From positions 1-64,000 of the IMG/VR virus record IMGVR_UViG_3300032320_001595: 64,000 nt of DNA; one strand, given 5' to 3'. Below the pieces are notes generated by a model. The model was not told the DNA's origin and did no database searches. It worked only from the letters and a program-made list of their open reading frames with translations. The translations under genes and the position numbers were made by a program. Positions 7,449 to 17,524 of this stretch are shown here, one piece after another. Within the stretch, counting starts at the first letter, position 1. Each line of letters begins with the position of its first letter. The stretch is from a virus (taxonomy: Duplodnaviria; Caudoviricetes).

Positions 7449-8209
7449 TAGTATCCTAATCTCTTCTTTTCATTCTCCGTAGAGGACCAAGTATGTGTAT
7501 TTTTATAGAAGTCATACTCTTCTTCTGTTAGTGGTTGCTCTGCCCACCAGCCCATGTGACGGCAGGTAAATCTTCCTGCAATTCTAATTGCACTAGTGTT
7601 GCAAGTCATTTTACCAGCAACACCATCTATCTCCAAAAGAAATTTATCACGGTCATACAAGCAAAATGTTGTGTCAATCGGGGCCGCATAAAGATCATCC
7701 CTTTCTGGGTACTGCTCCACCTTCCGCGACCAATAATTTCTCTCCCACAGATCCACCTGATGAGCGTTAAAGAATCTCTTTCTCTCATCTGGAGAGTCTA
7801 TATCTATTGCAAGACCAGTCTTAGATATACCATATGTATCTATAATTCTTTTCATTTTATCTATTGCTCTTTTTGGCATCTCTGGATTAAACAAAAGATC
7901 TGGATCTGTAACAATAAAATTCTTTGGCATCTTAGAGCATATGTCTTTATCCTCTGTATAAACTCTTGGCCCCATATTCTTACCCCACTCTACAACATGA
8001 TATTTATTCGACAATTCATCAAGGAGTTGTAGCATCGGTGGGTAGGTAGATCCATTATCACAAATGATAATATTAGTAAGGTTAAGTTTTTCAAGTTGCT
8101 CTACCATAGAACTTAAATATGTTGCTGTGTTAAATACTGGAATTATAATTGGAATATCATCATCTTTCTGGTACTCCAAAGCAACTCTTATATCTTCATA
8201 GACTGGCAT
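7448..8209 (-). CDS. glycosyltransferase, GT-A (GT2-like)
   Basis: IIIPVFN, IICDNGSTY, VTDPD (DxD). Confidence 0.7.
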   Translation of the reverse strand: MPVYEDIRVALEYQKDDDIPIIIPVFNTATYLSSMVEQLEKLNLTNIIICDNGSTYPPMLQLLDELSNKYHVVEWGKNMGPRVYTEDKDICSKMPKNFIVTDPDLLFNPEMPKRAIDKMKRIIDTYGISKTGLAIDIDSPDERKRFFNAHQVDLWERNYWSRKVEQYPERDDLYAAPIDTTFCLYDRDKFLLEIDGVAGKMTCNTSAIRIAGRFTCRHMGWWAEQPLTEEEYDFYKNTHTWSSTENEKKRLGY

Positions 8210-8820
8210 TATCTATTCTCCCCTAGAACTTCTGGTATATGGGTATATCCATACCTACTTATAATTTCTTCAAATAAGTATCCGTCAGAAGAGTGGTCGT
8301 ATCTGTGCCACCCTCCGATTGATTCCCATGCCTTCTTGCTAACAACACATTGTAGCAAATCTATCTTTCCCATAACTGGCGGCACCCCAGAAAAATAGTT
8401 AACGCCAAACTTTTCATGCTTGCAGGCAAAGATTACTACATCTGCCTTTGTCTTATCAATACGATCTGAAATGATCTGTAAGGCATCTGGGTATAGAATA
8501 TTATCTATATTAAAATGAAGAATGTATTCTCCAGAAGCATTTTTAATTCCAAGATCTCTAGAGTGGTGACCCCACCCATATCCTGCCCAGAATTCTTCTA
8601 AACCATATATGCCATAATGTTTTTCTGTTTGCATAAAACCAGTATTCTCTGGGATCTCATCCAGTTCGATATCATATGAGCCTTCTCTTGGTCCATCATG
8701 GATAATAAGAAGTTCAAAATCTTTAAATGTTTGATTATTTAGTGACTCTATTCCCTGCTTCATTCTATCTCTGGGAACGTGGTCCTCTGCATCAGTTGCA
8801 ATTATAGTAAACTTTGGCAT
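8209..8820 (-). CDS. glycosyltransferase family 2
   Basis: LLIIHDG, GHHSRDLGIKNASGEYILHFNIDN, SSDGYL. Confidence 0.8.
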   Translation of the reverse strand: MPKFTIIATDAEDHVPRDRMKQGIESLNNQTFKDFELLIIHDGPREGSYDIELDEIPENTGFMQTEKHYGIYGLEEFWAGYGWGHHSRDLGIKNASGEYILHFNIDNILYPDALQIISDRIDKTKADVVIFACKHEKFGVNYFSGVPPVMGKIDLLQCVVSKKAWESIGGWHRYDHSSDGYLFEEIISRYGYTHIPEVLGENR

Positions 8821-8822
8821 AA

Positions 8823-9449
8823 TTAATTGTATCCTCTGATAAATTGATAGTCAACTATTTCCTGATTTATATCAGAAAAGTCTTTTCTTTGCCATGCTAG
8901 TGCTGGCTTTATGGAGTATGCTGTATGCACCACCTGATGCCTGCCATAAACAACATCTACTGCATGAAGCATCGGTCCACGGAGAGTTGAAATTATATCA
9001 TCGTAGCAGGACTCTTTAAATATTACACAATGGGCAGAAAATGTATATGTGATTCTATTTAAATTAGGAGAAAATTCATGCCTTTCACCGCTATGAGGAT
9101 TAGATCCAAAATAAAGCATTTCGTATTCCGGTATCTGTGATTCTATTTCATTAAACTTATTATTAAAATCATCTATAAACTCTACATCATCTTCAAGCAT
9201 CAGGAAGGATTTGAGGTTACGCTCTCTTGCCATTTCAAATACACTCAGATGTGACTTTAAACAGCCCACTTCTCCTGGACGTATTGAGGCTGGCGGCTGC
9301 TCAAACCCATCAACAGCCGCAACTCTTTCGACCTCTAGGCCAATCTTACTAAACTGTTTTTTAGATGCTTTCCATCTATCTGGTCTTCTATCTAAATTTA
9401 TACAAAATGCCTGGTCAAAGTGGTCGGTGAACACTATATAATATTCCAA
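8823..9449 (-). CDS. glycosyltransferase family 25
   Basis: CINLDRRPDRW, AAVDG, GEVGCLKSH, LMLEDDVEF. Confidence 0.85.
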   Translation of the reverse strand: MEYYIVFTDHFDQAFCINLDRRPDRWKASKKQFSKIGLEVERVAAVDGFEQPPASIRPGEVGCLKSHLSVFEMARERNLKSFLMLEDDVEFIDDFNNKFNEIESQIPEYEMLYFGSNPHSGERHEFSPNLNRITYTFSAHCVIFKESCYDDIISTLRGPMLHAVDVVYGRHQVVHTAYSIKPALAWQRKDFSDINQEIVDYQFIRGYN

Positions 9450-10213
9450 TCTGGTAGAAAGTATCCTGAAGGATCATGATCTGGAAGGGCTGGGCCAAAC
9501 CAATCTTTTGGAGCCACAACACTTTCAGTATCTGAAAGGTACGCGCCCCACCATCCGAATGTGGAGTTTGCAAGTATATGTCTATCGCAAAGAGTCATTA
9601 ATTTAAGATCTTCATAAGGATCTGTATGAACAAAATCAAAGCCTTTGAATAAAGAGAATGATCTACACCACTCTATATCATCAGAAAAAACTATAGCATT
9701 TTTAAAAGGTGCTACGGTATCTAGGGCAGCGGCATAGTATTCCTCTGATAAATTTGTATGATATTCAGACAAGCCTAAATAGTCTGTTCTTCTTACATGG
9801 ATAGCGACAGTATTTTCTCTTTTATTAAGATTTAGCATTCTTGGTTTAAAGGTAAAGTCTCTCTTTATCTTATTTTTTATGGAATCGAAGTATCGGTAGG
9901 ACTGGAAGTACCCTGACAGATTAACATCATCATTACAATTGTTAAATAGTTCTGAGTTGAACCCATGACTATCTTCAAACACACTAGGGATATCGTAGTT
10001 AATTCCTATATGACTATCTATTTCTAGATCAAGATAGAAGCAGTCATATATCTTGCTTCTAATGGATGGATACTTCATGCCAAAAAAATCTCTGTGGGGA
10101 ATCTTCCAGTCAAACCCTCTGTTGTAGGCTATTCCCTGCAAGGAGGCATACTGGAACATTTGATTTCCCAAATGCCCCAGATTACCTAGTTCATTATAGT
10201 AAATCGCCACCAT
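9434..10213 (-). CDS. alpha-1,2-fucosyl/colitosyltransferase (GT11)
   Basis: GHLGNQMFQYA, GYFQSYRYF, IHVRRTDY, FSDD, ANSTFGWWGAYL. Confidence 0.9.
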   Translation of the reverse strand: MVAIYYNELGNLGHLGNQMFQYASLQGIAYNRGFDWKIPHRDFFGMKYPSIRSKIYDCFYLDLEIDSHIGINYDIPSVFEDSHGFNSELFNNCNDDVNLSGYFQSYRYFDSIKNKIKRDFTFKPRMLNLNKRENTVAIHVRRTDYLGLSEYHTNLSEEYYAAALDTVAPFKNAIVFSDDIEWCRSFSLFKGFDFVHTDPYEDLKLMTLCDRHILANSTFGWWGAYLSDTESVVAPKDWFGPALPDHDPSGYFLPDWNII

Positions 10214-11024
10214 GTTCCTTAAAGTAGTTATCGTAGATATAATCTTCTACCATCATAAAATTATCTTTAACGATGCGACAATTTTCCTTCACGGCATCTA
10301 TTTTAGAATAATATAATTCTGGGGTCAAGGAGTCGGGGGTAAAGTTTTCATCTAGCGTTATTACTCCATCTATATTAAATACCCTGCCTATCTCTGGATC
10401 ACCCCAGTAAATAGGTATAGTTCCTGTGGCAAAACAGTCTAATATTTTTTCAGTAAAGTACCCAGGGTAGTAGGCGTTTTCATGTGCAACAGAAAACATA
10501 TAGGTTGCTAGACCATCTTCCTTAAACTCAATTTCATTGAATCCCCTACCATATAGATCTACCTTTCCGCGCAATTCATTAGCCAGCATAGTCCTTCTCC
10601 TATGACCATCACAATATCCTTTAGATGAGGTGATCATAGAAACTAGATTTACCTTATGCTCGTATACTTTGGGATTTCTAATCCATGTTCCATTGGCAGG
10701 AATCCATTTAATATTCTTATGCCTGCCAATTAGATCATAACTATGTGTAAATACATACTTAAAAGAATCCATTATAGATGGAATGGATGACTCAAATCTG
10801 TCATATACTGCTGGAGTTATGGCTCTTGACTCTGTAAGACAACCATAATTAATATTTGAATCTCCATCGGCTGCAAACATGTCCCCATCCCGCCAAAATA
10901 TTGCATCCACGTTAGCCCTAGTATTGTATCTAATGTTAAAATTCTTAGGCTTTCTATCTATTTTTTTATAGATAGATTCATCATAGTCGGCCTGAGAGGT
11001 ACCAATAACTGTATAGTTTATCAT
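10194..11024 (-). CDS. GT10-like fucosyltransferase
   Basis: YMFSVAHEN...GYFTEKILDCFATGTIPIYWG motif. Confidence 0.8.
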   Translation of the reverse strand: MINYTVIGTSQADYDESIYKKIDRKPKNFNIRYNTRANVDAIFWRDGDMFAADGDSNINYGCLTESRAITPAVYDRFESSIPSIMDSFKYVFTHSYDLIGRHKNIKWIPANGTWIRNPKVYEHKVNLVSMITSSKGYCDGHRRRTMLANELRGKVDLYGRGFNEIEFKEDGLATYMFSVAHENAYYPGYFTEKILDCFATGTIPIYWGDPEIGRVFNIDGVITLDENFTPDSLTPELYYSKIDAVKENCRIVKDNFMMVEDYIYDNYFKEHGGDLL

Positions 11025-11851
11025 TTTACTATATCCAATATATCTGTAATATTACTGTCATGAACAAAGTTATACTCTGCCTTTACTGGAATGTTGTAAA
11101 TGAATGAATCTTTTTCATTATTACCAATAGAAATAATCTTTTTATTTGCATTGTTTAATATTTGTTTTGTATTCATAAAGCAGAATGGTCCAGAATTTCT
11201 ACCTATAATGTATTCGCACTTACTGGCTAGCCAAGAGATTTCATTAAGATCCCCACCACTTGTTGCAATTATATTATTTGTAAAAGAAATTCTTTCAGAA
11301 TTAAATGGTGCAAAGTGTGTAAGAATTATATTCCTATCTGTCTCTTGAAGTAATTTCTCTATTAAACCGTTAAGATTTTCTAACTCAGACTGCCCTGAGA
11401 GAACAGGCCCATTAGAAATAATAATGCTACGATCAGGAACTTTTACATCTGGGATATCAAAGTACTCATACTTTATTTCTGGTATATAATATTCTACTGG
11501 GCCTACGTCTATTTTTTCATTAGTTTCATCTTCTATAAATCTATAGATTTTCTTAAACATCTGTTGGTATGTACCCCAATTTATCCCGCTTTCAAGTTCT
11601 AAATAGTTTCCTATCCAGGTATTAATAAATATTGTATCTTTATCTACTAGGAATGGAGTTCTGTCTGTGACTGGGCCAAGGGGTACTTCTAAAGACCTGA
11701 ACTCTATATTAACATCTCTTAATAGTTTAGATGAATTTAAGTGTTGATAATAGAATTCGTATCCTGGAAACTCTCTAATTATATCTTCTACATAAGCCTT
11801 AGATGCAAAGATATCTCCATTATGGTAGTGGTTATAAAATACAATTTTCAT
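11021..11851 (-). CDS. putative GT-B glycosyltransferase (GT9-like)
   Basis: HNGDIF near N-terminus and LASKCEYIIGRNSGP near C-terminus resemble GT9 motifs; weak. Confidence 0.45.
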   Translation of the reverse strand: MKIVFYNHYHNGDIFASKAYVEDIIREFPGYEFYYQHLNSSKLLRDVNIEFRSLEVPLGPVTDRTPFLVDKDTIFINTWIGNYLELESGINWGTYQQMFKKIYRFIEDETNEKIDVGPVEYYIPEIKYEYFDIPDVKVPDRSIIISNGPVLSGQSELENLNGLIEKLLQETDRNIILTHFAPFNSERISFTNNIIATSGGDLNEISWLASKCEYIIGRNSGPFCFMNTKQILNNANKKIISIGNNEKDSFIYNIPVKAEYNFVHDSNITDILDIVK

Positions 11852-12216
11852 TATGAAAAGATCTTTTCCTCTATGATTTCTGATCCAGTAAGTTCATTGA
11901 TTTTTCGTTTAATAGAAGCACGGCTATCATTATACATATAGATCATTCTTGCGTATAGTATAAAGTCCTTATCAAATTCTCCAGACTTTTCTTTTAACCT
12001 AATGCAGTCTTCCATTTCCCAGAGTCGTTCATTTACATGCACTAGCATTTCGTAGTAGCCGCGAGGGACATTAATATTAGATAATATATCTAGTAAAGCA
12101 GACTTTTCTTTTTCTATATTTTCTTTGGCGCTGCCGCTAGATCTGCTTAATTTAATATCTAGGATAGTAACTTTGTCTACGAGTTCTCCGATGGAAACTG
12201 GGACATTAACAATCAT
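11851..12216 (-). CDS. DUF6165-like protein
   Basis: VPVSIGELVDKVTILDIK...VNERLWEMED...AR...YNDSRASIKRKIN...SEIIEEK. Confidence 0.75.
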   Translation of the reverse strand: MIVNVPVSIGELVDKVTILDIKLSRSSGSAKENIEKEKSALLDILSNINVPRGYYEMLVHVNERLWEMEDCIRLKEKSGEFDKDFILYARMIYMYNDSRASIKRKINELTGSEIIEEKIFS

Positions 12217-13366
12217 TTATAATACCGCCTAACTTCTTTATATCATTACTACTAACAAACTGACTATTGCCAATGTATAGGCCCAAGTCATTTAGAATAT
12301 CTGCATTAGGAATATCATTAACAGATATTAAACTATATCTATATAGGAATGGATGCTTTAGAAGATTCCCTCCGACTATCGGACGGTATTCTATTCTATA
12401 TTCATTCAGCATCTCTTCAAGCCTGACTTTTGTTTCCTTAGATTTTGATATTATCGGAAAACAAAAACTACTATTGCCAGGATTTTCTGAAATAGAGTAG
12501 AACTTATCATTATTATTTATGTAATCTCTAAAAATTTCATAGTTATTTCTTCTAATAGCAATTGATTTATCTAATCTGGATAGTTGGCTTCTTCCTATTA
12601 CAGCAGGAATTTCATGATTTCTAAAGTTATACCCATCAGTTACAAATAAAAACTGCGGGGAAAGATGTGGACTCTTGGCAGCATACTCATTAAAGAATAG
12701 TGACTCTCTCGCCATTCCATGGCTTCTTTTCATTTTCATTATGTCATATAGTTCTGGGTCATTAGTGCTTACCATTCCACCCTCAATAGTAGTCATATGG
12801 TGACCAAAGTAAAAACTATATGTAGCACCTACACTATTAACACCTATCTTATTTTTGTTTTCATCTACTGCCCCATGAGACTCACAAACATCATCTATCA
12901 TGATAGCGTTAGGAAATAGTTGTTTTAAATATTCTGTTTCTGCTGGAAATCCAAGCAGATGGGTTACAAATATAACCTTAATATCTGAATGCATTTCAGA
13001 TACATACTTTGCAGAGTCCTTATCGAATGAGAAGTCTTCTAGATTAATGTCACAGAAGATAGGCTCTAAGCCTAACTGTATCACGGGGGCTACATTGGTA
13101 ACCCAAGTACATGCTGGTAGAAGAACTTTATCTCCCTGCCTAAGACCGTACTTTTCAATTACCGCTGCTAACAGAAGAAAGTTTGCCGTGCTTCCAGAGG
13201 AAACAAACAAAGAGTGCTTTGACCCAAGCCAATCATTCCACTCATTTTCAAATGCCTCACATTGCTCACCCTTTGTAAATCTTTTAGCAGTAAGCGCAAA
13301 CTTGGCAATCTTTAATCTTTCACGCACCGTTATAGCGTCGTGCATAAGAGGCCAGTCATAGTTCAT
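12206..13366 (-). CDS. colD: PLP-dependent DegT-family enzyme with His in place of the Schiff-base Lys (ColD-type GDP-4-keto-6-deoxymannose 3-dehydratase)
   Basis: VSSGSTAN, DDVCESHG, YSFYFGHHMTTIEGG; likely start MNYDW at 13366. Confidence 0.75.
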   Translation of the reverse strand: MNYDWPLMHDAITVRERLKIAKFALTAKRFTKGEQCEAFENEWNDWLGSKHSLFVSSGSTANFLLLAAVIEKYGLRQGDKVLLPACTWVTNVAPVIQLGLEPIFCDINLEDFSFDKDSAKYVSEMHSDIKVIFVTHLLGFPAETEYLKQLFPNAIMIDDVCESHGAVDENKNKIGVNSVGATYSFYFGHHMTTIEGGMVSTNDPELYDIMKMKRSHGMARESLFFNEYAAKSPHLSPQFLFVTDGYNFRNHEIPAVIGRSQLSRLDKSIAIRRNNYEIFRDYINNNDKFYSISENPGNSSFCFPIISKSKETKVRLEEMLNEYRIEYRPIVGGNLLKHPFLYRYSLISVNDIPNADILNDLGLYIGNSQFVSSNDIKKLGGIINDC

Positions 13367-14291
13367 TTGTATTCTCCAAAAACCATTCATATGTATTTCT
13401 AACACCAGACTCTAAACTTATACTTGACTTCCATCCAAGGTTATGGAGTTTAGAACTATCAAGTTGTCTCAACGGGGTTCCGTTTGGCTTAGATGTATCC
13501 CAAACAATATTACCACGCCAGCCCACGATAGACGAAACAATTTCTGCAAGTTCTTTTATTGAATAGGGTCTAGCAGCACCAATATTTATATGGCTATTTT
13601 CATCATAGTTATTCATTAAAAAGATTAGTGAGTCAGCAAGATCATCTACATGTAGGAACTCTCTTGTTGGAGAGCCATCACCAAATAGTGTGACCTCATC
13701 TACATTATTCTTTTTTGCATTATGAAACTTCCAGATCATTGCTGGTATTACATGGCATTGATCAATGTTGAAGTTGTCTCTGGGTCCATATAGATTTGTT
13801 GGCATAACTGATACAGCATTGAATCCGTACTGCTCACGATACTTCTGACACATCTTCAGGCCAGCAATCTTTGCTATCGCGTAGCCTTCATTAGTTTCTT
13901 CAAGGGGTGCTGTAAGTAGGTGATCTTCCACTATAGGTTGCGGAATTATTTTTGGATAAATGCAGGCAGAGCCAAGGAACATTAATTTCTTTACCCCACT
14001 TTTATGTGCAGAGTCTATAACATTACTCTGTATCATCAGGTTTTCATACATGAAGTCTGCTGGATAAGATTTATTGTAGTTGATTCCACCTACTTTTGCG
14101 GCTGCCAAAAATACATACTCTGGCATTTGAATATTAAAGAATCTTCTGACTTGAGATTGATTAGTTAAGTCTAGCCTATGTTTGTCTACAGTAATTATAT
14201 TTCTATACCCAGCGTTGTTTAATTTTTTTACAAGTGCAGAGCCAACTAAACCATTATGACCAGCAACATAGATTGATGAATCAAACTCCAT
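13356..14291 (-). CDS. fcl: GDP-L-fucose/colitose synthase (epimerase-reductase)
   Basis: [69 protein letters not shown]. Confidence 0.92.
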   Translation of the reverse strand: MEFDSSIYVAGHNGLVGSALVKKLNNAGYRNIITVDKHRLDLTNQSQVRRFFNIQMPEYVFLAAAKVGGINYNKSYPADFMYENLMIQSNVIDSAHKSGVKKLMFLGSACIYPKIIPQPIVEDHLLTAPLEETNEGYAIAKIAGLKMCQKYREQYGFNAVSVMPTNLYGPRDNFNIDQCHVIPAMIWKFHNAKKNNVDEVTLFGDGSPTREFLHVDDLADSLIFLMNNYDENSHINIGAARPYSIKELAEIVSSIVGWRGNIVWDTSKPNGTPLRQLDSSKLHNLGWKSSISLESGVRNTYEWFLENTNEL

Positions 14292-15288
14292 TTTCACACA
14301 TATCCTTAACTAGATCGTCAAAGGTGTACTCTGGCTTCCACCCCAACTCTGCTCTAGCCTTAGAAGAGTCTCCAATTAAACGATCTACTTCTGCAGGTCT
14401 AAAGTATCTCTCATCAACTTCAATTACTTTCTTACCAGTAATTTTATCGTACCCACATTCATGCATAAGCCTACCACGCCACTCTATATCCATTCCAAAA
14501 TATGGAGCGCACTTTTCTACAAACTGCCTAACCGTGTACTCTTCTCCTGTTGCTATCACATAGTCATTTGGGCTCTCTTGCTGCATCATAAGCCACATAG
14601 CATAAACATAATCTTTTGCATGTCCCCAGTCTCTTAATGCATTTAGGTTTCCTAATTTTAAAGTCTCTTTCTTTCCGCGTGCAACAGCGTCTAATCCAAG
14701 AACAATCTTTCTCGTTACAAATGTTTCTCCGCGCCTGGGAGATTCATGGTTAAATAGGATACCGTTACAGGCAAACATCCCATAAGCCTCACGATAGTTT
14801 TTAGTTATCCAATATGCATATAGTTTAGCAACACCATATGGTGAGCGGGGGTAGAATGGGGTAGTTTCAGTTTGAGGAATTTCTTGCACTAAACCATACA
14901 ACTCTGATGTTGCAGCCTGATAAAACTTTGTTTTTCTAATTAGACCCAATGTTTTTATAGACTCTAAAATTCTTAATGCACCTAGAGCATCTGAGTTAGC
15001 AGTATTCTCTGGTGTTTCAAAAGAGACTTGAACGTGAGACTGCGCTCCAAGATTATATATTTCATCTGGTCTTACAGAATCAATAATATTCATTACTGAT
15101 AGTGAATCAGTAAGATCCCCGTAGTGTAATTTAAGACAGGGATTATCATATAGGTGATCTATTCTTTGTGTATTAATAGATGATGCACGGCGCTTAATTC
15201 CATGAACCATATACCCTTTTTGTAAAAGCAATTCGGCAAGATATGATCCATCCTGACCAGTTATACCTGTAACTAAAGCAGTTTTCAT
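14281..15288 (-). CDS. gmd: GDP-mannose 4,6-dehydratase
   Basis: [70 protein letters not shown]. Confidence 0.96.
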   Translation of the reverse strand: MKTALVTGITGQDGSYLAELLLQKGYMVHGIKRRASSINTQRIDHLYDNPCLKLHYGDLTDSLSVMNIIDSVRPDEIYNLGAQSHVQVSFETPENTANSDALGALRILESIKTLGLIRKTKFYQAATSELYGLVQEIPQTETTPFYPRSPYGVAKLYAYWITKNYREAYGMFACNGILFNHESPRRGETFVTRKIVLGLDAVARGKKETLKLGNLNALRDWGHAKDYVYAMWLMMQQESPNDYVIATGEEYTVRQFVEKCAPYFGMDIEWRGRLMHECGYDKITGKKVIEVDERYFRPAEVDRLIGDSSKARAELGWKPEYTFDDLVKDMCENGV

Positions 15289-16058
15289 TAATTCACCTTA
15301 CTTTTAATAACAGAATTATACGGCCCTGTTTTCGGCCTTTCTTCCTCTATATCGGAAAGTAAAAACTTCTCATGTACTGACGGTGTGTTCCATACTAAAT
15401 AATGATACCTAAAATTCTTAATTTTATCAATATAAAACTGTTTAACATTATCAGAAAATTCAGCAAGTGCGTAGATGCTAATTAAGTAATCAAACTCTGG
15501 AAGTTCTTCACCTTCTAGCAAATCTTCATATGAAATAAATGTTAGTTTATCTACATAACCTAGGTTATTTAGGTATTTTTTCTGTAATTGATTAGGCCAG
15601 TATAGATCAACAAGAGTGTATGACTCTATTTGTATGTCAAACAACGCTGCAAGATCTAAAATAGATTTACATTGACCTCCGTAGCCAGCCCCAATTTCAA
15701 TAATCTTTACATTATTAAGATTACTTTTTTTGATATGATCAAGTATTTCTAGAGCCTTGAATGTATAGGCTATTGTTGAGGGAGAGAATAGTTTATTGTT
15801 TGAAGGAACATGTTCATATTCTAATAGGAATGGTCCACCTACTGAATCGTTTTCTCTAACTTTATCCCAGTCAATTAATGAAAATTCATCTGGATACTCT
15901 TCAATCATTCTTTGTAAAAAGATCTGAGAATATTCTGGCGCTGTATGCTCCAGTATGGCTGTGAACCTTTTATCACTTTTAAAGTTATTAAAAGTATTTT
16001 CACTATTAATGGCATCTTCACATACTGGAACATGGACATATGCATCTAAATCAAACAA
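15288..16058 (-). CDS. putative sugar O-methyltransferase
   Basis: [13 protein letters not shown]-binding motif, YTLVDL; located at head of the glycan island. Confidence 0.7.
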   Translation of the reverse strand: MFDLDAYVHVPVCEDAINSENTFNNFKSDKRFTAILEHTAPEYSQIFLQRMIEEYPDEFSLIDWDKVRENDSVGGPFLLEYEHVPSNNKLFSPSTIAYTFKALEILDHIKKSNLNNVKIIEIGAGYGGQCKSILDLAALFDIQIESYTLVDLYWPNQLQKKYLNNLGYVDKLTFISYEDLLEGEELPEFDYLISIYALAEFSDNVKQFYIDKIKNFRYHYLVWNTPSVHEKFLLSDIEEERPKTGPYNSVIKSKVN

Positions 16059-16248
16059 CGTATTTCCTTTCTGTTATGCAATCTATACAAAAAAAATCAG
16101 CATAGTTACTATATACATCATCTGTTAAAAGATTATCTAATCCACTAAATAGGGCAACAGTATTCAAACATTCGGTATTTGAACAATAATATTCTTGTGG
16201 TTGCTTTATTTTGGCTGGATTTTTTTTAAATCTAGATATCAGATTCAT
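16051..16248 (-). CDS. hypothetical Cys-containing protein
   Basis: 65-aa ORF with CxxxxC and CxxC. Confidence 0.45.
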   Translation of the reverse strand: MNLISRFKKNPAKIKQPQEYYCSNTECLNTVALFSGLDNLLTDDVYSNYADFFCIDCITERKYVV

Positions 16249-16405
16249 AGTCTATGCCCATTTCTTTTACGTCTATCAGATCTTCATTCTCAATAATCTC
16301 TTCATGATCTAATCCGTCTTTATTATATTTAACCATACAAAAGTCGGTGTAGTATTTTACTACCCTACCCCAACATTTTTCAGATTCTATCCAGACTAAA
16401 CCCAT
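16232..16405 (-). CDS. hypothetical protein (57 aa, not in ORF track)
   Basis: Hand-translated MGLVWIESEKCWGRVVKYY...DYESDI*; ATG overlaps upstream TGA. Confidence 0.55.
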   Translation of the reverse strand: MGLVWIESEKCWGRVVKYYTDFCMVKYNKDGLDHEEIIENEDLIDVKEMGIDYESDI

Positions 16406-16650
16406 CAGATGCTCCTTGGCGGATCTCCTGGTCGCCCCTGAAAATCACATTTCATACCAAACTTATGAACAACTTCTCTTAATTGAATAAGATATTCCAT
16501 TATCATTATTCTTTTATCTTCTGAGAAGGCCATAATTTCATTCTCATATACTCTGAGTGCGATGTGATCTGGCATCTCTATAATATCAACAACAATGTTG
16601 TATGGAGGCTTATGCTCTTTAAGCATCTTATAAAGAAGTTTATCAACCAT
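16405..16650 (-). CDS. conserved hypothetical phage protein
   Basis: 81-aa ORF coupled to neighbours. Confidence 0.6.
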   Translation of the reverse strand: MVDKLLYKMLKEHKPPYNIVVDIIEMPDHIALRVYENEIMAFSEDKRIMIMEYLIQLREVVHKFGMKCDFQGRPGDPPRSI

Positions 16651-16927
16651 TTATGCTTTCCCCATCTGTGACCAGACTAAGTATAGCACTCCACGTTGCC
16701 TGATTCTTATGAGAATTTCTCATATTGTCAAGCCTGCCTTCGTTTAGGTAGATGCCTCCCCACACACCGTAGGATTCTGTGTTGACACCCTCCTTAAAAC
16801 ATTCTTTTATTACTGGGCAAGATAAACACATTCGGTCAACTTCTCTAGCAACATCCTGGTCTGCTTCGTACTGATCAAAGTATTTATTTGTGTCTACTCC
16901 AGCGCATAGCGCTTCACTTACCCACAT
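16643..16927 (-). CDS. whiB: WhiB-family transcription factor
   Basis: ALC...CLSC...EC four-Cys pattern and YGVWGG; likely start MWVSEALC at 16927. Confidence 0.9.
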   Translation of the reverse strand: MWVSEALCAGVDTNKYFDQYEADQDVAREVDRMCLSCPVIKECFKEGVNTESYGVWGGIYLNEGRLDNMRNSHKNQATWSAILSLVTDGESING

Positions 16928-17132
16928 ATTTTGCAGGTACTTTCCATCCATTAGTGCCTGGGTTGTATCTGCGTGCAATACCCCATCTACCATCATGGAA
17001 GATGCCGTTCTTCTTATAGAAGGCATCTCTTGATGGCTTCCAATCTACAATTGTCCAACCATCCCAATAAAGATTACTGTTGCTATCAACAACAGTATGG
17101 GCGGTGTCATAGTCAATAAATTCCTGAGTCAT
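16914..17132 (-). CDS. hypothetical protein
   Basis: 72-aa Trp-rich ORF. Confidence 0.55.
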   Translation of the reverse strand: MTQEFIDYDTAHTVVDSNSNLYWDGWTIVDWKPSRDAFYKKNGIFHDGRWGIARRYNPGTNGWKVPAKYVGK

Positions 17133-17516
17133 TATTCCTCACTAGTTGTATATACTATTTTTCTGATTCCATTATTTCTAAGTGTAGAGTAGCATCTATT
17201 GCATGGCCTGCTATCTCTAGCCTGCCCTCTTCTGTTTACCCTAGCAACATACACCGTTGCCCCAGCAGCATCCTTTACCTTCTTGAGAGCATCTATCTCT
17301 GCGTGTACAGAGCAATCAGTCTTAATATGCTCACTAGAAACTACAGTAGGATGATTTCTTTCTTTATTAACTCCAGTTCCGATCACTCTTCCACCCTTTA
17401 CAATAACAGATCCATGCTTCATTCTGCATGAAGACTGCGATGCAAGATAGAGTGCGACGGAAAGATATGCTTGGTCGCGCTTAGATGTGGCGACCTGCTC
17501 CTTTGATAGCCTTCAT
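17132..17516 (-). CDS. cytidine/dCMP deaminase-family Zn protein; true start unclear (see +1 frameshift finding)
   Basis: HAEIDAL and SRPCNRC motifs in 17132..17422; conserved-looking helix KRDQAYLSVA lies upstream in frame without a start codon. Confidence 0.75.
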
Positions 17517-17524
17517 TCTCTCTC

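Noticed and set aside
6438-16058. Glycan island as host chromosomal LPS/capsule DNA (prophage flank or chimera)
   Set aside because: Same strand and tight stop/start coupling with flanking phage genes; no transporter, polymerase, integrase or att-like boundary seen.
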